Source: Sminthopsis crassicaudata
Lineage: Eukaryota
Assembly: GCF_048593235.1 (NCBI RefSeq)
Contig: NC_133623.1
Span: 81,175,752-81,239,751 of the forward strand
Direction of reading: 5' to 3'
Length of the DNA: 64,000 nucleotides
Positions within the stretch are counted from its first letter, which is position 1, and every line of letters starts with the position of its first letter. A model generated the notes under the pieces. The model was given only the letters and a program-made list of their open reading frames with translations. It did not search any database and had not been told where the DNA came from. Shown here piece by piece: positions 24,501 through 33,400 of this stretch. Both the position numbers and the translations under genes were made by a program.

Positions 24501-26295
24501 CCATCGCATCCCATGGCCCCCTGGCTCTCACTGCCCGCCCCCAGCCCAGGCCTGCTATCTCTGAGTGGGCCCGGAAGCGCTCCCGGGAAGCAGTGACGGG
24601 GAGAAGGAGGTGCCATATACCACCCCGGAGCCCCAGAGCACCCCAAAGGACTCATGGGTCAAGGGCGACTCAGAGGAATGGGGCCCTCACTGCGAGTCGG
24701 GCTGGGTCTCACAGCCTCAGAACCTCCAAGTCTGGGAGTCCCAGGATAGGCCGGCTTAGCAAACCCACTACAAGAACTCAAATCCAGCCTCCCCACCCAG
24801 GGGCTCGGACCCAAGCGCCTTTTAAGTCACTGAGGCAAAAGGTCCCCGCTATATTTTGGCACAGAGTGTCTACCTCCTGATGCCTGGGGGGAGGGGAGGG
24901 GGCCAGGGCTGCTTTCAGAAGCACAGAGAACACTTAGTTTGGCTAAGAGTCCAGAGCCTGGAAGTTCATTGTTGGAGGTCCGGCGCCACCCCACCCCCAA
25001 TCCAGGCCACAGCAGCTAGTCCCAAGCTGAGGGCCCCGGGTGGAAGGAGGGGCCGCTGGGATCAAGAAGTCTGGGGAGAGCTTGGAAGCGTGCAAGGAGC
25101 AATGTCACCTGAAAACGTGGACAGCCCTGACTCGGGCCCATGACTAGCTCCTCTGCCCCCCTCCCCCCCATGGAGAGAGGGAAATCTGGCCCGGGAAGCT
25201 CAACTTGCTCCCTCAGGCCGTACTTCCCGGTGGGACAATGGGCTGGGGGCGGGGCACGAGCGGAGAGTTTCCCAGGTCAATTCCCCAACACTAAACTCAT
25301 GTGGATTTCATTGACTCACTCATTCTCTACTCAGAAATCTCCTGAAGAGGCAGCAGGACCCGGGGGAGGAAACTCCCCCTCCCCAAGACTGGGGTCAAGC
25401 TGGCCTCCCACTCTAGCTAGAGGCCGCTGGTAAAATGGGGGGGCTGGACCCCCACGACCCCTAAGGTAGTTCTCCCCTTAATAGCCCACGGCTGCTAGTT
25501 AGGATTAGTCTGAGAGCACAAGGGAAAACACTGACTAAAAAAAGTCGAGGGGGGGGGGGGGGTCTGCCAGCCACTCCCAAGGAAGCTTGCCAAGACTTCA
25601 GGGCATGGAAGGTGGGGCTGGCAGGGGCCGCGGGGCATCGTTCGTGCCAAAGAGGAGACACTTAAGCCCAGGGCGGGAGAGGGGCTCGGCCAAGGTCACC
25701 GGGGGCCAAGCTATCGAGGCTCACTGGGGAGGAGCTAGGGTGGCACCTCGAGGTCTCTCCGTGCGCCCATCCCTGGACCTCAGTTTCCTCCTGTGTCACC
25801 TAAGTGGGGAGGGGGGCCTAGCTCGTGCCCAGCTCGGTCCACGGGCGCCAGCTGCCCAGCCCACCGAACATTCAAACAAGTGGCGCACTGGTCCGGTGGG
25901 GCTTGGCCAGCTCTGCCCGCGAACGGGGCACCTCGCGCCCGGCTGAGCGCAGCGGCCCGAACCCGGCCCGCGCACCCAGCCCGCAGCCCGGCTGCTCCCA
26001 CGATGCTGCTGGCACAGGCGAGGCCGGCCCTGGGGGGGCGAGAGCCGCTCCCGGCACCTCGGAACGGCGCCCGAGGGGGGTCGCGGCGGGAGGTGGGGCG
26101 AGTGGGGGATGGGGGTGCGGGGCGGGAGGAGGGGCTGCGGGAGAGGGGGAGGGGACCCTACTCACAGTCCAGGTGTTTCTGCTTGGGCCCCATCATTTCG
26201 TGGGTGCTCGCCTTGCAGACGGCTTTGGCCACGGCCGACCCCGTGACGCTGTGCTGCGCGGCCGTGATCCGGTCGGTGAAAGACTGGCCCGACAT
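203..26295 (-). CDS. PICALM-like (CALM/AP180-family ANTH clathrin adaptor) gene, 16 coding exons in window, 3' end beyond the left edge
   Basis: Exons in transcription order: 26166-26295, 24184-24326, 23203-23278, 21501-21603, 20129-20222, 18851-18962, 17671-17777, 16263-16304, 14105-14190, 12812-12935, 11055-11194, 8841-8950, 8167-8274, 2751-2882, 2393-2420, 203-323. All are GT-AG and phase-consistent; 1656 nt with no stop. Begins [44 protein letters not shown]. Exon sizes 130/143/76/103/94/112/107/42/86/124 match PICALM as recalled. Confidence 0.93.
482..527. repeat. (CA)n microsatellite
   Basis: About 23 perfect CA units. Confidence 0.98.
1785..1990. repeat. (GGAT/GGGT)n degenerate microsatellite with a repeated TGGTGACTGGATGGTGGGTGGG unit
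   Basis: Direct inspection. Confidence 0.95.
2393..2420 (-). CDS. PICALM-like exon 15 (28 nt)
   Basis: [10 protein letters not shown]; AAACAG/GTAAGT; phase 1 to 2 bridges exons 14 and 16. Confidence 0.85.
2480..2700 (+). mobile_element. MIR/CORE-SINE
   Basis: CTGAGTTCAAGTCCAGCCTC...GCCTCAGTTTCCTCATCTATAAAA...GTTGTGAGA. Similar MIR fragments at about 3160-3260, 11540-11650, 14490-14640, 17470-17600, 27195-27330, 29510-29780, 31420-31570, 33060-33150, 42480-42650, 44520-44650, 58230-58380, 58720-58920, 62085-62240. Confidence 0.7.
2751..2882 (-). CDS. PICALM-like exon 14
   Basis: [44 protein letters not shown] (cf. DDLDSSLANLVG); 132 nt; donor GTAAGT. Confidence 0.9.
3760..4200 (+). mobile_element. 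L2 3' fragment
   Basis: GCTGCCAAAGTGATGTTCTT...TAAAGCCCTTCACAATCTAGCC. Similar L2 pieces at about 5960-6090, 16560-16910, 36400-37300, 37930-38260, 45560-46075, 58380-58640. Confidence 0.6.
4786..4980. mobile_element. Probable hAT MITE
   Basis: CAGCTTCTTAAACTAGGGGTCACAACCCC ... AAGTTCAAAAGTCCATG, degenerate TIR-like ends. Confidence 0.5.
5208..5353 (+). mobile_element. Young tRNA-derived CORE-SINE (marsupial WSINE1-like) with 14-bp TSD
   Basis: GGGGCAGCTAGGTGGCGCAGTGGATAGAGCACC head, B-box GAGTTCAAATC, A-rich tail; TSD AAAAAATCAGAAGG at 5193-5206 and 5354-5367. Confidence 0.88.
6880..7510 (-). mobile_element. L1 ORF2-end/3'UTR fragment
   Basis: Antisense L1 motifs (CTGCTTACTTCACTTTGCATCAGTTCATATAAGTC; ATTCCCCAGTTCATGGGCA). 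Confidence 0.7.
8167..8274 (-). CDS. PICALM-like exon 13
   Basis: [36 protein letters not shown] (cf. VDFESVFGNKS); 108 nt. Confidence 0.87.
8841..8950 (-). CDS. PICALM-like exon 12
   Basis: [36 protein letters not shown] (cf. PICALM SKLPNDLLDLQQPTF...TWG); donor GTGAGT. Confidence 0.85.
9340..9472 (+). mobile_element. CORE-SINE copy
   Basis: GAGTTCAAAAACAGCCTCAGA...GGGCAAGTCACTTAATCCC. Confidence 0.7.
11055..11194 (-). CDS. PICALM-like exon 11
   Basis: [46 protein letters not shown]; TTTTAG/GTGAGA; phase fits neighbours. Confidence 0.82.
11830..12075 (+). mobile_element. L1 3' end
   Basis: GGAGAAAAATTTGGAACACAAGGTCTTGCAAGGGTCAATGCTGCAAACTAT. Confidence 0.75.
12812..12935 (-). CDS. PICALM-like exon 10
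   Basis: [41 protein letters not shown]; 124 nt. Confidence 0.9.
13497..13744. other. Assembly gap (248 N) in PICALM-like intron 9
   Basis: Run of N. Exon 9 to 10 phase is consistent, so no constitutive exon need be hidden in it. Confidence 0.99.
14105..14190 (-). CDS. PICALM-like exon 9
   Basis: [28 protein letters not shown]; 86 nt; donor GTAAGT. Confidence 0.92.
14650..15545 (+). mobile_element. Two adjacent L1 3' fragments (ORF2 C-terminus [16 protein letters not shown]...[12 protein letters not shown])
   Basis: Recognisable L1 ORF2 C-terminal peptide and 3'UTR. Confidence 0.8.
15921..15981. repeat. Compound (TC)n(AC)n microsatellite
   Basis: Direct inspection. Confidence 0.9.
16263..16304 (-). 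CDS. PICALM-like exon 8
   Basis: [14 protein letters not shown]; 42 nt. Confidence 0.93.
17671..17777 (-). CDS. PICALM-like exon 7
   Basis: [36 protein letters not shown]; 107 nt. Confidence 0.95.
17975..18190 (-). mobile_element. L1 3' end, antisense
   Basis: Poly-T then AAAACATATGCATGGGTAATTTTTCAGCATTGACCCTTGCAAAA. Confidence 0.8.
18851..18962 (-). CDS. PICALM-like exon 6
   Basis: [37 protein letters not shown]; 112 nt. Confidence 0.95.
18990..20110 (+). mobile_element. Degenerate L1 ORF2/3'UTR remnant
   Basis: Decayed motifs such as IKDEEQ, HYTP..A, CGGGR..RYNH..GK..G. Confidence 0.6.
20129..20222 (-). CDS. PICALM-like exon 5
   Basis: [31 protein letters not shown]; 94 nt. Confidence 0.95.
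20610..21330. repeat. Degenerate tandem array, about 7 units of about 99 bp
   Basis: Identical 30-mer GCCAAAGGGCCCAGATTTTAGCAGAGCTAC at 20868 and 20967; recurring CCCTCTGGGGT(A/G)AGG and TCCCTGCATG motifs. Confidence 0.85.
21501..21603 (-). CDS. PICALM-like exon 4
   Basis: [35 protein letters not shown]; 103 nt; donor GTTAGT. Confidence 0.93.
23203..23278 (-). CDS. PICALM-like exon 3
   Basis: [25 protein letters not shown]; 76 nt; AG/GTAAG. Confidence 0.95.
24184..24326 (-). CDS. PICALM-like exon 2
   Basis: (Y)[47 protein letters not shown]; AG/GTAAG; 143 nt. Confidence 0.95.
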
Positions 26296-27070
26296 GGTGC
26301 CTTGCTGCCCGGCGCCCGCCCGGGGTGTCCCCCGCTGGGCGGCGGGCCGGGGCCGGGGTTGGGGGCGGGACCAGGGGCGGAGCCGGGAACCAAGGCCGGG
26401 GGCGGGGCCGGGAAGCCGCCGCTGCCGTCGCTGCCACTGCCCGCCAGGCCCCGCCCCCTCTCGCCACTGGCCCCTGCCGGACGCTCGCGCGGACGGACAG
26501 ATGGACTGATGGTCTGCCGGATGGTCTCGCGCCCGGGAGCCGCCTGGGGGCCGATCGATCGCCCGGCTGGTTAGAGCGCGCCCACCTCCCTAAGATGGCG
26601 ACCACCGCCTCCGCCGAGCAGCTGGCTGCGCGTCCTGGAACGCCGGGGGCCGCCGTTGGGGGCCGTCGAGGCGCGGCCGCTGGTTGGTCGAGGGCCTCAA
26701 GCGGTCCCAGGAGCCCGAACGCGCCTCGACGGCCCTCAACGTTCGGAGCGAGGCGGGGAGGGGGTGTGTGTGCGGGGGGACGCGCTGCCGCTCTTAAAGG
26801 GTTAGCGATCCCGAGGGGTGGGGCGCAGGGGGCGGGCCCGGCCGAGAAGGGAAGGCCGTTTTGAGGAGCACTTTCTCGGGGCCGACCCCTCCGCCTGCCG
26901 GGCCCGGCCCGCAGTGTGGCTCAGTTTCCGAGGTGGAATTGCAGACCCTGACGTGAAGAAGCGGCTGGCGCGCTCCCAGCCTTTTCCGCCGCTGGAACTG
27001 GGGGTGGGGGCAGGGGGGCGGAATATTGCCGCTCCTGCCAGACACGCGTGGGTTACTTTTGCCCAAGTGC
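25780..27070. promoter_or_regulatory. CpG island / promoter of the PICALM-like gene
   Basis: Very GC- and CpG-rich, many GGGCGG boxes, YY1-type AAGATGGCG at 26592-26600; overlaps exon 1. Confidence 0.85.
26166..26295 (-). CDS. PICALM-like exon 1 (start codon)
   Basis: [43 protein letters not shown]; donor GTGAGT; 130 nt. Confidence 0.95.
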
Positions 27071-28489
27071 TTTCCTGGCTCCCCCCCCCCTTTTTTTTTT
27101 CATTGTTCCGAGGGATAGTTCCTAGGAAAGAGAAGCCTGAGATAAAGTCCGAAAACAAAGGGTGCCAAACATCTTATTGGAGTTTTATACCTACCCTGGG
27201 AGGGAGGTGGTGTCATTAACCCCATTTCGCAAGTGAGAAAACTGAGGCAGGGAAAGTAAGTGGCCCAGGCTGCCACAGCTAGGAAGTGTCTGAGGCTGGC
27301 TTTGAACCTTGCTTTTCCCGACTCCGAGCCCACCGGGGATTCCCCGGGGGGCTTTGCCGACAAGAGCAGAAGGCCGGTGAAGGCCAACTGCAACAAGGTG
27401 CCAGCCAGATGCCCAGGGAGGGGCGGGGTGTGGAGGCCAGCATTTGCAGCCCAGGGCCAACAAGAAGCCACAAAGAGAAACAAATTGAAGGGCTCGGGCC
27501 TCTTTATGTGGTCCCCGACTGGACCAATTTGGAGGTCTCGGCTGTGGAGGGTTCGGAATGATCCATGGATCCGGACCAGAAGGGGGGTGCGGCCGGCTCT
27601 CTCCTCACCCCCTTCCCCAAATTACCTTTGGAACTTCCCCCGGAGCATCCAGGCCCGATCCTGCCAGGCCTGGCCAGCTTAGGATGGGGAAGTGTCGTTT
27701 CCTAAGCCGGCCCCACCCCCTCCCATCCCCTCCGGGAAAAAACACATGGGGAGAAATGGGCCCGATCTCCTTGGTTCTTGCGGGCGTTCAATCAGTGAGA
27801 GAGGAGGGTCCTTAGGAGTAGGTGGCCTGACTTGAGAGCAGAGACCAGACTGATGTGCCCACTTAGCACATCCGACAGGGGACATCCCAGGCCCATCTCC
27901 ATTATGCAGAGACCCTGTCCTTCACCCACTTCCTGAATCCCCCAAATCCAACACGTTTCCCAGGTGTCCCCTCTTTCTCCAGCAGTGTTCCCTTGTCTTC
28001 TTCCTTCTGTTCGTTATCAGGAGCGGTAGCCCTCCCTGCCATTGCTATGTCCCCCCACCCAATTTTCTCCATCGACCGCCTCCCTTCTGGCTTCAAACAT
28101 TTGGGTGATGTGAGGAAGCGTCTAGGGTGCCTGGGATCCTGCTACCCCTCCAAGCTATTGCCCCCAGCCTCTTCTGACTTCCAAACTGCCTCACCAATCT
28201 GTAACTGCCTAATCGCTCGGTCTTTATCTCTAGCACTTAGCCAAGACTGCCTTCTCCAAGGTTGCCCAACATCCCCAGGCCCACTGCTTTATATCGCCAG
28301 ACCTCCCGTCCACCTTCTTGCCCCTTCTGAAGCGTTTGATGTTGGTCAGGGGTAGGTCACGTCGGAATTCGGAGCTCCTACGTCAGGGTTTGCCTCAGCT
28401 GAAGCCTAGTGGCTGCCCCTCATTTGAATTCTGTTCAACTCTTCACTTCATGATTCTTGGAAACAAAATGTTGGGGGGGGGGGGGGAAC

Positions 28490-28618
28490 AGCAGCTGGAT
28501 GGTGCAGTGGATAGAGCGCCGGCCCTGGAGTCCAAATCTGGCCTCAGACCCTTCACACTGCCTAGCTGTGTGATCCCGGGCAAGTCACTTTGCCAAAAAT
28601 AAATAAATAAATAAAATC
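28490..28618 (+). mobile_element. CORE-SINE copy with (AAAT)n tail
   Basis: CAGCTGGATGGTGCAGTGGATAGAGCG...GGCAAGTCACTT...AAATAAATAAAT. Confidence 0.8.
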
Positions 28619-30234
28619 AATTGACTTCTGCTTTCTAATGCTATCTTTTCCCAGTTCATCCCACAGACACTCAGGGAGAACTGCTGTGTATTTCCCTGTA
28701 TCCTATTCTCTTAATTCCCTTTATGCTTGGCCCTGGAGTTCCAGGCTTGGCATGATAGGCCGTCCTCCTTTTGGGTTACTCCAGGGCCCCAGGGACAGCT
28801 TGGCCCGGGCACTCACAAGGCCTCGGTGCTCCCAAAGCAGTTGGATTCAGGGCTGAGCTCGGTATGTTCCCGTCCCGAGTTTGGATGTGAACAGCACAGC
28901 TGGGGGCCTGCTCCTGCTTGGAATCCTAATAGAACTGCTGGGGCCAGTTACCGTCAGCCAGAAAGCTCGGCTGGTTCAGAGGCACAGAACTCCAGGCTCC
29001 CTTTGGTTGGGGCCTCTGGCCTCCATTATTCTGCTGCAAACCCAAGATGGGAGCTCCTTACTCAACACACAGTAGGTCTCGGGGCCACTCCTCATCCTTC
29101 AGGAACACACACAGACACACGGATACAAACATATACCTCCTCCACTGAGCCTGGATCTCTGCCGTCTGAGTATCAAACAGCCCCTTCGTGGGGTCTAGGC
29201 ACCCTTTCAAGCCCATGCTCCCATCCCCAGGGGGCATCAAGCTTCTGTCTCCCTATGATGACCTGGACTGGGAAAACAGCTGGGATTGCTTTCCTCGGAT
29301 TTCCTGAGCGCAACTTGTTCTAGGCTGTGTTTTAGAGACCTCCGTGGAGATGTGGGTTACAACTCAGCTGTCCTTTCCTAGTCTTGGATCCCCATTAATA
29401 TCACTCGCCCAGGACCTCCCAGATCTGTCTGGACAGGACAAGTCTTCACGGGACCAGTGGAGTCGGAAGAGACGGTCACCAGAGGCTGGTGCTGGAAGAA
29501 AAGCTCTGGATTTGAAGTCAGAACTCAATGCAACCGGGGGATGGCTAACAGTTCTATAGCAAGGCCTAGGTGCCAGGTACTGTGCTAAGCACTCTCCAAT
29601 CGTTAGCTGATAATCCTCACATCTCTGGGAGGTGGAACACCCTCGTCTGAGGGGTGAGGAAACGGAGGCAAACAAGGCTAACGTGACTTGCCCAGGGTCC
29701 CGTAGCTTGGAAGGGTCTAAGGCAGGAATGTGAGTATTTCAGGCCGTAGACCCAGCACCCTGCACTCTCCACTTCACCCCTGGCTGCCCCGACTGAACAC
29801 GGGATTTGCTTAGCATGGCCAAACTTTGTTAGAACTCATCTGTTAAAAGACTGCCACAGACAGCAGGTGACCCCTGGGTCAGAACAGTGGGGATTTCAGG
29901 AACCAAGAACTGTTGAAACATTACTTCTCAATTAAGATAAATGCCACCCAGCTGACAGCACACACTAAAAGCCAACGTTCCGAACTACAGCCATGGCCGT
30001 TTCCTCCTATTCTGGTTGAGGCAGGGCATAGGCCAGGGGCCTGTGGATGATGCTCAGGACTCTCACCATCTGGGTGCAGGACTTGCCTGCGTGCACCTTT
30101 CCTCCCCTCTCCAAGCTGACCTCCCACCATTGCCTGAACTAGAGAAGCTAGGGCTCCAGCCCAATAGGGCCGGCCTATGGCCAGGGCTCAGAGGCAATCT
30201 CTCCTCACACCATTGTCATGAAGTAAATGCACTG

Positions 30235-30240
30235 TTTATT
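30235..30240 (-). terminator. BRCC3: Candidate BRCC3 polyadenylation signal AATAAA
   Basis: TTTATT on + strand, about 20 nt after the stop codon. Confidence 0.55.
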
Positions 30241-30259
30241 TGAGAATAGACAACTGCCT

Positions 30260-30411
30260 TTAATCCAGGCTGTCGAGCTCCTCCTGCAAGGCCATCTTCT
30301 CCCGCTCTAACTGGAGCAGCAGCTTACGATTGTAATCTCGTCTGTCCTCCAGCCACTGCATGAGGGGGCCGCTGATGGCCGACATCTGATTGCAGAGGTT
30401 CTTGGTGAACA
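30260..30411 (-). CDS. BRCC3: BRCC3 exon 8 (stop)
   Basis: VFTKNLCNQMSAISGPLMQWLEDRRDYNRKLLLQLEREKMALQEELDSLD*. Confidence 0.95.
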
Positions 30412-33400
30412 CTTCAAGAGGAAAGAGAGAGAAGATAGCTCGCTACCACCAAGGAGCAGCCCCTCGCCAAATTCCATCTCATTTTGGGGCCCCAAAATGA
30501 GATGGGGCCAAGCCTGCTGAGAAGCAAAGTGCTACCAATGAGCAAGGGCATAGGGGAGCATGAGGGGGTGGGGAAGGGGATCCTCTCAGGCCCCCGGCAC
30601 TCGGCATCCACGGATCCTCAGGAAGCCCAGCCTTTAGGCTCTCCGGCAAGCAGCACCCACAGCCCAGCAGCCACCCTCCTCCGTTCTAAAATGCTGGGCC
30701 TGGAATTTGGGGAACGGGAGCAGAGAAAACGCTTGAGTTCTGTAAGGAAAGTTGCCCCGTGGCTGTGTGAATTCTAAAGGCTCAGGGACAACACAGACCC
30801 AGTCCCTGTCCATGAGGGGGGTAACAGGGGCAGAGAAGGGGCAGCACACATCGTCCCTTTCCTAACCCACTCCCAGTGTCTGCTTTACTCTACGGAACTA
30901 GGAACGTTTTCTGACCAAAACCACATCCATCCCAACCCCAAGGACTTTACCTTAATGTAGACACATCAATGGATGCTTGATCACCGCCGTGTGAGGGTAT
31001 GTGTATGGGGGCAGATATGAGTGGGGGGATCTCTGGGGGCAGGGAGGTACATAGGTATATATAGGGGCTGGGGGAGGTCCCTCCGTTTATAGAGATTATG
31101 CCTGTACCGCTCTAGCTTTCTGAAGAGCAACTTAGAACCATGGCCCAAAGTCACTAAACCATAACCTTTGACTTGGCAATACTACTATTCGGCTTACAGC
31201 TCAAAGACAGCAGGGAAGGCGGGGAAAGCCACATGCACAGATCTCCGTGGCAGCTCTCTTCACTGATGAATGATGGAATATAATCTAGCGATTAGGGAAC
31301 CGAGGCAGAATCGGTGTGACCAGGAGAACAATTTATCTACTCTGTCAACGCTTTGCAAAGACTTAGCGGTCAGCAAAGGCTGCTGAGGAAACAATCTAGC
31401 TACCTCCTGATAAAGGCATCTTAAGCCTTTTCTCTCATTTATCGAGCCTCACAGAACCCTGGTCATTTATCCCCCCTTTCAGAGGAGGAAGCTGAGGCAG
31501 AGGTTAATCAACTCGCTGGGGGTCACAGAGCTCCTAAAGGTCGGAGGCTGGACTGGAATCTACCACCTCGAGTTTATGCAGAAACTTTTCCGTTTCACTT
31601 AACTGAAATTGCCCGTTTTCTCTCCGGTGATAGGCCCAGGATTTTTTTTTTAACCCAATTCATTTAGATTTAAAAGTAATTCTTTCAAAATGCACCTATC
31701 TCCGGCAATGTTTCAGAGGGCAAAAGCCGCTCCCCTAGAAGAGAGTAACTTCCCGCTTTCCTTGCTTCTCTGGGGCCTGGTGGCCCTTGTCAAGTTGGGC
31801 CACCCATCCACACACACTGTTAACGCCCCTACCATCCGTACATGTACACCGCCCCTCTCCCATCCACATACACCTCACACACACCCCACCATCCGTACTT
31901 CCACACACGCAATCCCCCACGTAGCCCCAACCCTCCGACTCCCTAATTTCCCCATCCATGCACACATCCCCATCCACACCCATACAGCAGTCCACACAAA
32001 TCTAAGACCCTCTTTTTTGGCCCCTCTGCCAAAGCCAGGAGTCAAGGGGCAATGCTGTCGATGTCTGAGGGACAGCAAGCAAGCCAGTGGGGCTGCAGAG
32101 CACAGGCAGGGAGGCTGGCAAGACTTTTAAAGGCCAAACAGAGGAAGGAGGATTTGAACGTAAAGATACTGGAGAACTATAGGGACACAGAGAGGGAGGA
32201 GACAGAGACACAGAAAGGGAAGAGACAGAGACACAGAAGAAAGGGGAGAGACACTCTGTCTGAGGGGCCTCCCTGACCCCGGGATCACTCTCCTCTTCCC
32301 CACAGTCCCCAAAAGCATCTTCTCGAGGCACACGTCCCTGCTCGCAAGCCTGCAGTGTCTCCCCACTGCCTGTAGCAGAAGAGAAAGCCCCTTCTATGTT
32401 TGAGGTCCTTCAAGGAGGGGGGACCCTCCCAGGACCTTTCAGCCCCTATTCTTCCTCCCCCTAGCACACTCTGCATTCTAGGGTGTCCCCAGCCCTCACC
32501 TTTTCATTTCTAGCCTCCATGCACTTGGTGTTGCCCACCTGAAGAGCATGCTCATGCGCCCCCACCAGCTTTCTGGGCCCTCCCTCTTGGGACTGCCTGG
32601 CAGGCTTTCTCTGTGCTCGGGGTACTTCTGCCCTCTGCCATCAGGGGACTTGTCTTTACGGGGTCTTCTCGAAGTACTAATTGTAACTCTTTCCAGCCTC
32701 AATTTTTAAATCTGATTTCAAAGGCTGAATTCAAAAGCTCTGCATGCCCGATTCCGTTGCCATTCCCTACAAGCACCGCCTGCCAGTTAAGGGTCTCCCG
32801 GTCACAGGCTCCTTAGCCTGAGCTGTGGGGCCCTCCAAGGTCACCACAGGTGGCAGGTGAGGAATCCACCGTTGGGGCCAGTGACCATTCTGCCAAAAGA
32901 GCCCCAAGAAGTCCGAATCCTTGGGCCCAGCCCCTTGCTTTCCCCAGTCCCTTACCTGAGCCATTGTGGATCTTTGTCACAGCATCCAGGTGGGTAAGGC
33001 TGAAGGAAAGCAGAGTTCAGGTTAACAGGCCTCCCTTGCGCTTCCCAACAACTCTAGGAGGCAGGTGCTATTACTATCCCCATTTACAAATGGGTAAACT
33101 AAGGCAAAGGTGAAGGCTTGCCAAGAAGTCCCACAGCTAGTGACACAGAGTACCGTGGACCTGGTAGGCCCCTGACGAACTGGTGAACTCAATTATATTC
33201 GGGTAGACGTCAGGTAGCGAGCCACTTTCTAATCCCACTCACCATAAAGGCTTATTAGGCTTAATGTCTTCCTCCTCATGGGTGTTTGGATATGAAGAGG
33301 CTACAGGAGAAAGCCAAAGCAATGAGTATCTAATCAAGGGATTCTAGGTGGACACACAGGCCAGTAGAGCAGAGATCTGGGGGGGGGGGGCAGCCTGGCA

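Noticed and set aside
25793-26864. Several 150-250 aa + strand ORFs, including one from AAGATGGCG at 26595 (MATTASAEQLAARP...)
   Set aside because: CpG-island composition. The ATG context is better explained as a YY1 motif of the PICALM-like promoter. Not VBP1 or any protein I recognise.
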